From Escherichia phage vB_EcoM_SA91KD: a stretch of 53,673 bases of DNA. Where the stretch lies: the sequence record NC_079183. One strand, 5' to 3'. Made by a program: the position numbers and the translations under genes. Positions 1 to 8,558 of the stretch are shown here, piece after piece. Every line of letters begins with the position of its first letter. The stretch's first letter is position 1. Below the pieces are notes generated by a model. It saw nothing but the letters and a program-made list of their open reading frames with translations, did no database searches and had not been told where the DNA came from.

Positions 1-153
1 CGATTATATGCGAGAAGAGATTCGATGCGTTAGCGTCGTTTCTCTTTGAGCTAGAATAAAACAAGTAAATTAAATATTTATTTATTCCCAATATTGCTAC
101 AATATTAAGAGTAATATTAGGAATGCGTAAAGTTAAAACCAAATGGTACATGG

Positions 154-224
154 TCGGTCAACTGTATCTCCTTCGGAGAAGGTACTTGGACCAATCTTCG
201 TTCACGGTCGGTCAGCTGTATCTC
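154..224 (+). repeat. Two 19-bp direct repeats (ggtcggtca[a/g]ctgtatctc) about 52 bp apart in the 5' leader
   Basis: Read directly; a third partial copy (tacatggtcggt) lies near 3414 downstream of the RNAP gene. Confidence 0.6.
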
Positions 225-263
225 GCCGAAATTTGTTCGAACAGTGGTCCGACTATGAAATAA

Positions 264-294
264 TTTTTTTTTTTTATAATTTTTTTTTTATTTT
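264..294. repeat. T-rich homopolymer tracts (T12, ATAAT, T10)
   Basis: Read directly in the leader. Confidence 0.8.
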
Positions 295-570
295 CAATAT
301 TGCTACAGAATTAATGAGACTAGAATTCGTAACAAAGCTACGAGACTCGAATTGTTTCAATATTAACGAGACTCAATCTGTGACAATATTATAATTTTTT
401 ATTTTGAGGCGGCGGGGAGGGGAAGCCCAACGTCCTATCGGACTTAAAATACGGTCCCTACCCCCAACTTTTTCTACAGCCTATCGGCTTAATGATAACA
501 CCAAGTTAGGCGCTTCGCTTATGAGTCAAAGTCAACAGCCCGTGCTGTGCTAACATTGGCACAGGTTTGT

Positions 571-589
571 GATATTAGTTGGACGTGAA
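571..589 (+). promoter_or_regulatory. Variant copy of the recurring promoter-like box (gATATTAGTTGGAcGTGAa)
   Basis: Matches the ACATTAGTTGGATGTGA consensus seen at 10 other sites; about 160 nt upstream of the RNAP start. Confidence 0.35.
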
Positions 590-748
590 TTGTGTAATGG
601 CTACGCTATTATAATCCGTTTCAGTTAAATCATACACAATCTTGGAGACTTACAAATTGACTAGACTACTATCACCACTCAAACTATCAAATCCGTTGTT
701 CCTGCTATCACTGCTCTGGTATACCGTGCCAAAGAGAAACAGAACTAT

Positions 749-2602
749 ATGCAGCCCCAGACTTGTGCTATTGCTGCCTTAGCCATCTTCAAGATGATGA
801 CGTCTTTCACTCGTGATGACGTTGTTCCTGCCATCGCGATGGTTGAACTGGCTTCTGCTTCTATTGCTGATGCCAACCGTTATAACAACGATTTGAAAGC
901 AATGCACTATGTTGACCCAGCTATCAACCTGATTGGTTTGGCTAAGCACTTTGGCTTCATCACCATGAACGAAGACAAGTCATTCCAACAAACTGATACA
1001 TGGGTTGAACTGGTTACAACCAAAGATACCGCAGTGCCATTCACTGAGCGTGTCACTACTGAATCTCGTCGCAAGCCTTTCGTTAAAGGTGGCAAAGTTA
1101 AGCCATCCAAAACTCTGAAAGCTGCAATCGAATTCCTGCAAGATACTGAGTACCATGTGGAGACTGAGATGGTTCGCATCATTCAGTCCATGCTTGAGCA
1201 ACGTACTTATGGTGGCTTGCAGATGCCAGAAGCTATCCAGACTGAACTCCATGTTTGGAACAATGCTGTAGCAATGATGAATCAGGACACACTGTATTCT
1301 GACTACTTTGCTGACAACCGTGGTCGCCTGTATCATGTAGCATGTGCTGGTCCTAACCCACAATCATCTGACTTTGCTCGTTGCTTGTATTCTCACAATG
1401 TTGAGAACATCGTTAAGAAGTTTAACGAAGATGGTTCTACTACCATTGCATACAATATGTTCATGGCAGAGCTGGAAGATATTTCCGGTGGTGAATGGTG
1501 CACTGCTAAGCGTTTGACTTATGTTGCTCAGAATCCTGCTGGTTCACTTGCTCGCATGATGAACATGCCTAAAGCTGAACGTCCTTCCAAGCCATTCACT
1601 TATGTTCGTCTGGCTCTGGATTGGTTCAAGTTTGAGACTACAGGTGAATGCGATTCTCGTGTAGGCTTTGGCTTAGATGCTAAATGCTCTGGTACTCAAT
1701 ATCTGGCATTCATTGCTGGTAATATGGAAATGGCTCGTGCTACAGGTCTGGTTGATTCTGAGACTAAAGCATCTGACCCATACCAGCTATCTCTTCGTGA
1801 ACTGTTGAAGTTATTAGACCGTTCTTCAATGAAACCATCTCCTGAAATCATGGATGAATTCTTGAATCCGAAAGCTGGTCGTAAGTTTATCAAAACTCCA
1901 TACATGGCTATCCAATATGGTGGTGGTAAAGCTGCATTAACTGGTTCTTCTGACTTCATTAGCTACATGACAGAAGCTCTCCAGATTCCTATGGAGAAAG
2001 CTGAGGCATTTGCTGAACTGTGTGTAGAAGCAATCCATAACGCATTGGGTGCTAAGATTAACATGTTCATCGAGAAAGCTGCTGATGCTGCATACAACCG
2101 TTGTGTTGAACTTGGTAAAGAGTACATCACATACCGTCACACTGATGGTCAGGTTGTAATGAAGCCTTGCTTCCCATCTCGTGAAATCTGTGAGGCATTC
2201 AGCATTCGTGTTGACTCTCAAACTCGTGTCATCTTTGGTCAGATTCAGGAGAACAAGCCTTGGACCATTCGTGAGTCCAACCCAACTAAAGAAGAGTTCA
2301 AGCGTACCTTCGTTGTTAACTACATTCAAGGTATTGACGCATTGGTTGCTCGTACTGTTGCAGTTAAAGCTAAAGAAGCTGGTCTTCGTGGCTTTACTTC
2401 AATCCATGATTGTTTCCGTTGCTGCTTAGCTGATGCTCCACGTATGATGGAAGTTATTCGTGCAGCATATGTTGAAATCTTTGTAACCAACAATCAATTC
2501 GAGAATCTGTCTAAGCAACTTGGTGGCATTCAGATGTATCATGAGAACATCGTAACCGAAGAGCTTCTGATGAGCGAACACGCTTACTACTTCTGTCAAT
2601 AA
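749..2602 (+). CDS. T7-family single-subunit RNA polymerase, compact form (617 aa)
   Basis: Motifs DNRGR (T7 DWRGR), GLDAKCSGTQ (motif A), RKFIKTPYMAIQYGG (motif B), SIHDCF (motif C). In-frame stop at 662-664 blocks any upstream extension. Confidence 0.85.
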   Translation: MQPQTCAIAALAIFKMMTSFTRDDVVPAIAMVELASASIADANRYNNDLKAMHYVDPAINLIGLAKHFGFITMNEDKSFQQTDTWVELVTTKDTAVPFTERVTTESRRKPFVKGGKVKPSKTLKAAIEFLQDTEYHVETEMVRIIQSMLEQRTYGGLQMPEAIQTELHVWNNAVAMMNQDTLYSDYFADNRGRLYHVACAGPNPQSSDFARCLYSHNVENIVKKFNEDGSTTIAYNMFMAELEDISGGEWCTAKRLTYVAQNPAGSLARMMNMPKAERPSKPFTYVRLALDWFKFETTGECDSRVGFGLDAKCSGTQYLAFIAGNMEMARATGLVDSETKASDPYQLSLRELLKLLDRSSMKPSPEIMDEFLNPKAGRKFIKTPYMAIQYGGGKAALTGSSDFISYMTEALQIPMEKAEAFAELCVEAIHNALGAKINMFIEKAADAAYNRCVELGKEYITYRHTDGQVVMKPCFPSREICEAFSIRVDSQTRVIFGQIQENKPWTIRESNPTKEEFKRTFVVNYIQGIDALVARTVAVKAKEAGLRGFTSIHDCFRCCLADAPRMMEVIRAAYVEIFVTNNQFENLSKQLGGIQMYHENIVTEELLMSEHAYYFCQ

Positions 2603-2718
2603 GAGAAACAGGGCTGTCATCGAAAGGTGATGGCCCTTTCTTTATTCTTTATTAATTAAATCCTTTAATTCCCAATATTCAAGCAATATTGCTGCATGTA
2701 ATATTGTTTCAATATTCG

Positions 2719-2736
2719 ACATTAGTTGGATGTGAA
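2719..2736 (+). promoter_or_regulatory. Promoter-like box ACATTAGTTGGATGTGAA
   Basis: Exact consensus copy, intergenic. Confidence 0.45.
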
Positions 2737-3568
2737 GTAACAGAATACGGAGAAGTATTCCGCATGTCATGTTGAAATCATTCTAGAAACATTTCAGCAT
2801 GTCAACTAAACATACAGTGTTGTAATGATGTGGCAATCATTGAACTCCCTGTCTTTGGCCGGACAAAGTTCCAACAACCATGTGTGAAGTAGGAATTAGA
2901 TTCGAAACTGTTCTTCAACTAAAGCATGTTCAATTGCGACAATATTGCTCCATCTCCTATTATAAAGGCCCACCCACAAGCCGGGAGATAACTTTAGCAA
3001 GACTGGAACTTTTGGACATGCTTCTTTCTTTCAATCAGAATTCGAAAGAAGAGCAGAGTCGGAGCAAAGCCGCGAAACTAATCCCGTAGCCCGCCCCGAT
3101 TTTGAGCAACAAATATTGTGACAATATTGTCGCAGTATGGCATGTAAATATTGCTACAAATTGGCATGTTGGAATGTGGCAGAATTGTTAGAGGACTAAT
3201 CACCTCGAAGATACAATCGTCTACCAATCTGGCATGTTAATTTTGTAACAGTATTTGTGCCAATTTCGCATGTAATAGCTGTATCAGTATTGACCCAATA
3301 TTCTTGCAACCCGCATGAATACTGGCTTCCAGCCAAGCGAAGGCTTTATCATCGCATGTAATATTGTGACAATATTGGGATAAAACCCTTTATTTAATTG
3401 GTTTTATTATGCTGTACATGGTCGGTTTTCCGTACCTGCTTGCTCCAATCTTAATGTGCCAAATACGTTAAGTATGGGAGTAAACCTGTAATTAATGACG
3501 CATGTTTAATTGTGACAAAATTCGTCTATTTGGCAGATGAATTAGTTGCAATTAAGCATGTCCATTTA

Positions 3569-3590
3569 TCATTAGTTGTATGTGAATAAG
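3569..3590 (+). promoter_or_regulatory. Promoter-like box variant (tCATTAGTTGtATGTGAa)
   Basis: Close match, about 280 nt upstream of the first early gene. Confidence 0.35.
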
Positions 3591-3873
3591 ACCAAATCTC
3601 TGTAAATTCTGCTGAAATTGTGTGACAGATTTTAGAGAGATTATGTCTCCAAGCTAATCATTGTAGTTTTTAGACACTTTGTGTGTCACATATATAGCCT
3701 GTGAAAAACGTGTGGTATATTGCTGGATTGCGACGCGCCCACCAGACTAGGAAGTCACTGACGGCGGCACACAGGAATACTATATAACTCCCTACAACTT
3801 TAAGGTGGATTGAGGTAAGACAAGACCTCCACAATCGTTCTGTAGGGAGTTTTCTTTAACTTAGGAGAATAAA

Positions 3874-4092
3874 ATGACTCGTTTTAAAGATTTGGAAGAT
3901 GGTGCAATCTTCTTTACGCGTGGCGGAGAACATCTGCAAAAAGTTTTGGAAGATGACATTAATGTAAATGCTGTATTCGTTGGTGATTCTAGCATTGGTG
4001 TTTTATTAAATGACAATGAAAGAACTTTTACAGAAGAGGAGTTTAAAGAAATCTCAGCTTCTGATTCAGTTCAAGAGCCAATTTCAGTTTAA
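3874..4092 (+). CDS. Hypothetical early protein (72 aa, acidic)
   Basis: ATG preceded by aggag RBS; first gene after the non-coding region. Confidence 0.6.
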   Translation: MTRFKDLEDGAIFFTRGGEHLQKVLEDDINVNAVFVGDSSIGVLLNDNERTFTEEEFKEISASDSVQEPISV

Positions 4093-4130
4093 TATGGGGG
4101 GGGGAGTAACCCTCCAACTTCGGAGCTATA

Positions 4131-4382
4131 ATGGACACCATCAACAAACGTGTAAAATTTGCTGACCTGTATGAAGGTCAAATATTCACTTATAATTCTA
4201 TCAAGTGTATTAAGGTAGTGGGTGAGTGTGGTTTATACAACACTGTAAGATTTCACGACCCAAGCCGGGCATGTAAACTTAAAGACAGTGATGTTGTTGA
4301 AATCGAAATCGCATTAGAGCCAGATGGTTCAAATGATGAAATCATTCTGCGTAAAACTGTTGGATACACTAAAGGATTCTAA
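4131..4382 (+). CDS. Hypothetical early protein (83 aa)
   Basis: ORF with RBS; tightly packed operon. Confidence 0.55.
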   Translation: MDTINKRVKFADLYEGQIFTYNSIKCIKVVGECGLYNTVRFHDPSRACKLKDSDVVEIEIALEPDGSNDEIILRKTVGYTKGF

Positions 4383-4384
4383 TC

Positions 4385-4573
4385 ATGGACTTCATCGTCT
4401 ACTTTAAGTTAAATGGTGTAGAGCAAAGATTGTACTTCAATTCTTTACTTCGTTTGCAACAGTGGGCGGAGAAGTTTGTTGGTTATGACTTTGAATACAT
4501 CAATGCGTGTACACCCGACGAACATGAGGAAATCGTGTTCAGTTCTTTAAATCAAATTCTGGAGGCCAAATGA
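4385..4573 (+). CDS. Hypothetical early protein (62 aa)
   Basis: ORF abutting the previous stop. Confidence 0.5.
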   Translation: MDFIVYFKLNGVEQRLYFNSLLRLQQWAEKFVGYDFEYINACTPDEHEEIVFSSLNQILEAK

Positions 4574-4836
4574 GCCAGTTTAAGTTAAAAGCAGATTTAA
4601 TCGAGTTGGCCTCTTATGAAGAGAAAGTCGAATTCATCCAAGAACGTTTGGTTGTCAACTACGGTGGTTGGATTGATGTTTCTACAGATGAGTTAGTGGT
4701 TCGTATCAAGGAAGAGTTTGGTATTGAAATCACTAACAAACAGTTTTATGAAGATGTTCTCACAGATAAAGTTATTCGAGGCATCACAAACAATTTCATG
4801 TCCAGCTTTATGGAAGGTGGGCCACGTTTAAAATGA
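4570..4836 (+). CDS. Hypothetical early protein (88 aa)
   Basis: Start overlaps the previous stop (ATGA). Confidence 0.55.
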   Translation: MSQFKLKADLIELASYEEKVEFIQERLVVNYGGWIDVSTDELVVRIKEEFGIEITNKQFYEDVLTDKVIRGITNNFMSSFMEGGPRLK

Positions 4837-4997
4837 AGAAGCTCAAATATATGACCAAAACGGTTACATACATGGCTATGTATGGTGCTTCAAAGCGTAA
4901 GGCTAAGAAATTGGCAAGAGCTGCAAATCCTCGTATGCCAGCACGTAAAGTGGCTAAAATCGTTAATCTAGTCTTTGGGAATTGGAGTATGAAATGA
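4833..4997 (+). CDS. Small lysine-rich basic protein (about 54 aa)
   Basis: ATG overlaps the upstream stop; below the ORF-track size cut-off, found by hand. Confidence 0.35.
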   Translation: MKKLKYMTKTVTYMAMYGASKRKAKKLARAANPRMPARKVAKIVNLVFGNWSMK

Positions 4998-5176
4998 GCA
5001 GGATTCTGACGTCAGCAATGTACAACCTGCATTTAGGATTCAGCTACACTACAGTAAAGCGTCAGGAGAAACGGCACTCTCGATTGCCTGCACGAACTGT
5101 TGCCAAAGAAGTGGGAAAAGCAGTCGAGATTCTAAAATTCTGCGGAACGTATTGTGATAATTTGGAGAGAAAATGA
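4982..5176 (+). CDS. Hypothetical small protein (60-64 aa)
   Basis: Track ORF; likely start is the ATG near 4994 after a ggag RBS. Confidence 0.4.
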   Translation: MEYEMSRILTSAMYNLHLGFSYTTVKRQEKRHSRLPARTVAKEVGKAVEILKFCGTYCDNLERK

Positions 5177-5346
5177 ACGACCAGCAATTCAACACATTCA
5201 TGCAGCAGATTAATCATCAAGAATTAATGGACACTCTCAAAGGCAAGAAGCCCGTTGAACGTAAATATCGTAAAATTGATAATTATATGCCAACAATCAT
5301 TGCATGTGTTGGATTCCTGATTGTTCTTTACTTCCTGGTGAAATAA
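5173..5346 (+). CDS. Small protein with C-terminal transmembrane anchor (57 aa)
   Basis: ggagaga RBS then ATG; C-terminal hydrophobic segment IIACVGFLIVLYFLV. Hand-derived. Confidence 0.4.
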   Translation: MNDQQFNTFMQQINHQELMDTLKGKKPVERKYRKIDNYMPTIIACVGFLIVLYFLVK

Positions 5347-5440
5347 TGTCGATTATTAAGAAATTAGTATTCTGTGCTTTAATGTTCCCTTTGGTGCTGC
5401 TCGTTGTGGGCAGCTTCATAATCTAAACTAAGGTAATTAA

Positions 5441-5749
5441 ATGGCTTCTTTACTCGAATTCTCGAATATTGCAAATGTTGCTAAGAATTCCATCCCTGCA
5501 AATACCGACGTAATTGCGTACATGCGTGTTGATGTAAGTCTGTTAGCTTTTGTAATGGACCACATCAACCTAATCGAAGCGCAGTTGTCTCAGTCTTATG
5601 AAACAGTTGACACTCTTCGTGAACTTCGTAAGGCAGAACAAAGCGCCTACGATGAATTAATGGAGCAGAAGAACAAGCTCCAAGAACAGTTGGCAGACGC
5701 ACTTCAACAAATTGAAGACATGAAGCCACCAGCAGAACCAACCGAATAA
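5441..5749 (+). CDS. Hypothetical protein with predicted coiled-coil C-terminus (102 aa)
   Basis: ORF with RBS; heptad-like charged C-terminal half. Confidence 0.55.
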   Translation: MASLLEFSNIANVAKNSIPANTDVIAYMRVDVSLLAFVMDHINLIEAQLSQSYETVDTLRELRKAEQSAYDELMEQKNKLQEQLADALQQIEDMKPPAEPTE

Positions 5750-5767
5750 TCAAACTTAGGAGTTATT

Positions 5768-6028
5768 ATGGCTACCAAAACAGGCATGATGATTGTCCCA
5801 AGCCGTAATAACTCTTTAAGCGGCTTTACACCATATAAAATCTATGAAGTGATTTCTGGCACTGGTGAAGCAAACCTGTCAGAAGTTGCTTTGAAGTTGG
5901 GCCGTATGGTCCACTCCGAAATCTCCTGTAACGTAGTTGATGATGAAGGTAAAATCCGTTTTGTAACAATGGATTTCTTTCGTGAATTTAACCTCAAATC
6001 TGAATTAGGAGTTCTGTACCATGAATGA
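5768..6028 (+). CDS. Hypothetical protein (86 aa)
   Basis: aggag RBS before ATG. Confidence 0.55.
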   Translation: MATKTGMMIVPSRNNSLSGFTPYKIYEVISGTGEANLSEVALKLGRMVHSEISCNVVDDEGKIRFVTMDFFREFNLKSELGVLYHE

Positions 6029-6203
6029 GGATGATGTTGTCTGCCCAAAGTGTGGCAGCAATAACGTAGACCATGTAGCACACGAAGCAGTGGGAATGTA
6101 TGGTCCAGTAGTTCTGGATAGTGCATTCTGTGTAGATTGTGGTTTAAACATTTATCGTGGAAAACTTATAGACAATAGTGGGAATATCCCGCCAAAAGGA
6201 TAA
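6021..6203 (+). CDS. Zinc-ribbon small protein (60 aa), first of a tandem paralog trio
   Basis: CPKCG...CVDCG pairs; C-terminus NIPPKG echoes the NIPLKG of the 6433 gene. Confidence 0.5.
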   Translation: MNEDDVVCPKCGSNNVDHVAHEAVGMYGPVVLDSAFCVDCGLNIYRGKLIDNSGNIPPKG

Positions 6204-6205
6204 TC

Positions 6206-6433
6206 ATGAAATTTAAATGTGTTGCTTCAACCAAAGACTACGTTCCAGTTGGCCTAATCATCGAGGGTGAAGCTGTTTCACCTTTGGAATTTAAAGTTAC
6301 CAAATCTGCTGAGAGTATTTCTCCAGCATTTCGTAAAGGTGCTGTCGTTCCCATGAATGGTGCATTCTGGACATGGCAGCGTGACCATCGCGCAGAGTTT
6401 GCAGATATTTGTGAACAAGGGAGCTTGCAGTAA
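6206..6433 (+). CDS. Small protein (75 aa), paralog pair with 6433-6639
   Basis: Both start M(A)KFKCV.ST. Confidence 0.5.
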   Translation: MKFKCVASTKDYVPVGLIIEGEAVSPLEFKVTKSAESISPAFRKGAVVPMNGAFWTWQRDHRAEFADICEQGSLQ

Positions 6434-6639
6434 TGGCTAAATTTAAATGTGTAAAATCAACATCCTATGGAGATTGCTCTCCTAAAGTTGGTGACGTGAT
6501 TGAGGGGAAACTCAAACATGGCCGAATCTTAATTTCGAAGGACAGTGACTGTAAGAATGTGTTTGGAAACCCGTATTGGGTTGATGGAGAAAATATTCCG
6601 CTAAAAGGCAGTATCTGGTCCTGGGAAGAAGTTGAATAA
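6433..6639 (+). CDS. Small protein (68 aa), paralog of 6206-6433
   Basis: N-terminal MAKFKCVKST matches the neighbour; start overlaps its stop. Confidence 0.5.
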   Translation: MAKFKCVKSTSYGDCSPKVGDVIEGKLKHGRILISKDSDCKNVFGNPYWVDGENIPLKGSIWSWEEVE

Positions 6640-6645
6640 TTTCCT

Positions 6646-6672
6646 CAACCACTTTTGTAATGAGAGTGGTTG
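6646..6672 (+). terminator. Hairpin (caaccact...agtggttg), possible intrinsic terminator
   Basis: 8-bp perfect stem with 11-nt loop right after the 6433-6639 stop; followed by AT-rich sequence, not a clean U-tract. Confidence 0.35.
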
Positions 6673-6702
6673 CTGAATATTATTAATTAACTTGGAGCAT
6701 TT

Positions 6703-6993
6703 ATGAAACAACGTACTCGTTTACAACGTGACCCAGCCACAGGTCGCTTGTTGCCAGCATATTTGAAGGTTGGTGACTTAGTTTACACTCGCGACTTTGC
6801 TTTTGACATTTGCCCAAGCAAAGCGTATGAAGTTCTTGCCACCAGCTTATCTGGTCCTAAGGTGATATTTGGTGCGCTTGAGCCCATTCAATTAACCGGA
6901 ACTCAGTTTGTCATTAAAGACGAATCTGGTTGCAACCGAATCTTCAATCTTGAAGGCGGCTTATCTAAATGGGAGAAGGTGAAGCGTGGGTAA
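6703..6993 (+). CDS. Hypothetical protein (96 aa)
   Basis: ggagcatttATG RBS context that recurs before several genes. Confidence 0.55.
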   Translation: MKQRTRLQRDPATGRLLPAYLKVGDLVYTRDFAFDICPSKAYEVLATSLSGPKVIFGALEPIQLTGTQFVIKDESGCNRIFNLEGGLSKWEKVKRG

Positions 6994-7219
6994 GAATTAT
7001 ATCGAAATGTTTAAGCAATTGTCTATAAATGGGCAGGAGTTCTTGTTAAACGATGTAAGACAAGATATTGAATTGTCTGACAAGTATTCTTATTTTGCCC
7101 AAAAGACAATTGTGAAGTGGACATTCTCTTACGTGTCCGCCAGTATTCCAGTAGAAACGCTTGTGATTAGCGGTTCTGGTGGTTCCGCATTATCCGCTTT
7201 GGAGAAACTAAAGCAATGA
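6986..7219 (+). CDS. Hypothetical protein (77 aa)
   Basis: Overlapping start/stop in operon. Confidence 0.5.
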   Translation: MGKNYIEMFKQLSINGQEFLLNDVRQDIELSDKYSYFAQKTIVKWTFSYVSASIPVETLVISGSGGSALSALEKLKQ

Positions 7220-7503
7220 ACAAGAATTCAATCTTACGCTATGTTGGTAAAACAAACTACAACTTTACCAACGGTAAGAAATACAAAATCGTCGCAGGTC
7301 GTGGCGACGGAGTTCCTCGCAACAACGGTACACTCGGTGCGTATATTCAATCTCCTTTGGGTTTTGTCGTTAATGACGATAACCGCAATTTATGTTATCG
7401 TACATTCTCCGATAATTGGGAACTTGTGAAAGATTCTGGCGAAGTTAGTTGGTATAAACCTGAATCAAACATGGACCCAATTCCAATTTCAAAGGTGATG
7501 TAA
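7216..7503 (+). CDS. Hypothetical protein (95 aa)
   Basis: ORF in operon, overlapping junctions. Confidence 0.5.
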   Translation: MNKNSILRYVGKTNYNFTNGKKYKIVAGRGDGVPRNNGTLGAYIQSPLGFVVNDDNRNLCYRTFSDNWELVKDSGEVSWYKPESNMDPIPISKVM

Positions 7504-7736
7504 TGAATTGGGTTATGAGAGATATTGTAATACCTTTCGTACTAATGTTGTTGTCTGTTCTGGTTGTCATTGGTGTGCCTACATACTTTGTTTACCAGTA
7601 TGAGTGTAAAACCTTTGCAGAATTGCAACAAACTGAATTCAAATACACTATCAATGGTTCCTGCTACGTCAAATCCAAAAGTGGCGAATGGATAACCAAA
7701 AATATGTGGTACTTTGATAAAGTACTTGGAGGATGA
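7503..7736 (+). CDS. Small membrane protein (77 aa, N-terminal TM helix)
   Basis: Hydrophobic segment IVIPFVLMLLSVLVVIGVPTYFVY. Confidence 0.5.
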   Translation: MNWVMRDIVIPFVLMLLSVLVVIGVPTYFVYQYECKTFAELQQTEFKYTINGSCYVKSKSGEWITKNMWYFDKVLGG

Positions 7737-7737
7737 A

Positions 7738-7935
7738 ATGCGTGTAAATACACATTTGTACAGCCACAAAAGCCACAGTCCTATGAACATCTTTGCTGGA
7801 TGGACTTTATGGTTTGTTGGTGAAGAATGCAGTCCTTGGCACAACGTTGAATGCAAATTCTTTCCAGCGAAGCCAACCAAAAAGCAAGTGCGCAAATTGC
7901 GTAGAAAGTTTATAAACGATTGTAAGTCCTGTTAA
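7738..7935 (+). CDS. Cys/His-rich small protein (about 65 aa)
   Basis: ATG 5 nt after ggagg RBS; the track ORF starts at an upstream TTG (7714). Confidence 0.45.
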   Translation: MRVNTHLYSHKSHSPMNIFAGWTLWFVGEECSPWHNVECKFFPAKPTKKQVRKLRRKFINDCKSC

Positions 7936-7975
7936 ATTAACAAGGAGCATTCATTGAGTGTTCCTGATTAATTCA

Positions 7976-7992
7976 ACATTAGTTGGATGTGA
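7976..7992 (+). promoter_or_regulatory. Promoter-like box ACATTAGTTGGATGTGA
   Basis: Exact consensus, intergenic, about 75 nt upstream of the SSB-like gene. Confidence 0.45.
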
Positions 7993-8064
7993 GAGACAAA
8001 GCTATTCCGTGGTTAGCAATGTCACTGAAACTTAAACTGTAATTAACTTAAGAGAATCTTAATC

Positions 8065-8436
8065 ATGGCACAATATTCAGATGTAAACACTGGCATCATC
8101 GGTCCTAACGGCTTCAAGAAAGACCCAAAACATCCCGACATTCGTGGACGTATTAACGTTGACGGAATCTGGTATTGGGTATCTGGTTGGAACAAGCAAG
8201 CAAATGGTAATGAATTTACCTCGCTGGCACTCACCATCATGACCCAAGAACAGGTCGATGAAATGATGCGCAAGCGTGAAGAGAAAGCTAAAGCCAAAGC
8301 TCAACCTCAAGCCGCTGCACAACAGCAACGTCAGCAACCTTCTGCTGCACAGCAACAGCAAGCTCCTGCTCAACAACAGCAGAGTAATTACAATCCAAAC
8401 GAGCCGAAAGACTTCGACGACGACATTCCATTCTAA
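8065..8436 (+). CDS. SSB-like protein with Gln-rich linker and host-type acidic tip DFDDDIPF (123 aa)
   Basis: C-terminus PNEPKDFDDDIPF matches the conserved SSB tail of enterobacterial SSB; compact N-terminal beta-rich domain. Confidence 0.65.
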   Translation: MAQYSDVNTGIIGPNGFKKDPKHPDIRGRINVDGIWYWVSGWNKQANGNEFTSLALTIMTQEQVDEMMRKREEKAKAKAQPQAAAQQQRQQPSAAQQQQAPAQQQQSNYNPNEPKDFDDDIPF

Positions 8437-8558
8437 TTGGAGATGCCCTATGAAAATTCTATGTTTTATAGGGCTACATAATTGGGAAATTTCACATGAA
8501 AACGATTATGTAACCTTTTGGGTTTGTAAGCATTGTTCAGCAATGCGTGAGGAATATC

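Larger units (their letters stand above)
2603..3873 (+). promoter_or_regulatory. AT-rich non-coding region with about 12 GCATGT boxes and caatattgctac motifs; candidate origin / early promoter array
   Basis: No credible ORF; GCATGT(a/t)AAT repeats near 2694, 2762, 2797, 2924, 3140, 3164, 3232, 3268, 3311, 3354, 3500, 3556. Sits just downstream of the RNAP gene, as the primary origin does in T7. Confidence 0.4.

Noticed and set aside
143-394. 83-aa + strand ORF in the leader
   Set aside because: Spans the direct repeats and poly-T tracts; the translation (…FFFYNFFFIF…) is homopolymer-driven.
907-2620. Several reverse-strand ORFs (907-1182, 980-1363, 1696-1959, 1937-2329, 2426-2620) and one same-strand ORF (2181-2429)
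   Set aside because: All nested inside the RNA polymerase gene; no RBS or motifs; treated as frame artefacts.
2880-3089. 69-aa ORF inside the AT-rich GCATGT-box region
   Set aside because: No RBS; overlaps repeated regulatory motifs; composition not protein-like.
2603-3873. CRISPR array interpretation of the repeated GCATGT / caatattg boxes
   Set aside because: Repeats are short, imperfect and irregularly spaced, with no conserved 25-40-bp repeat unit and no cas genes.
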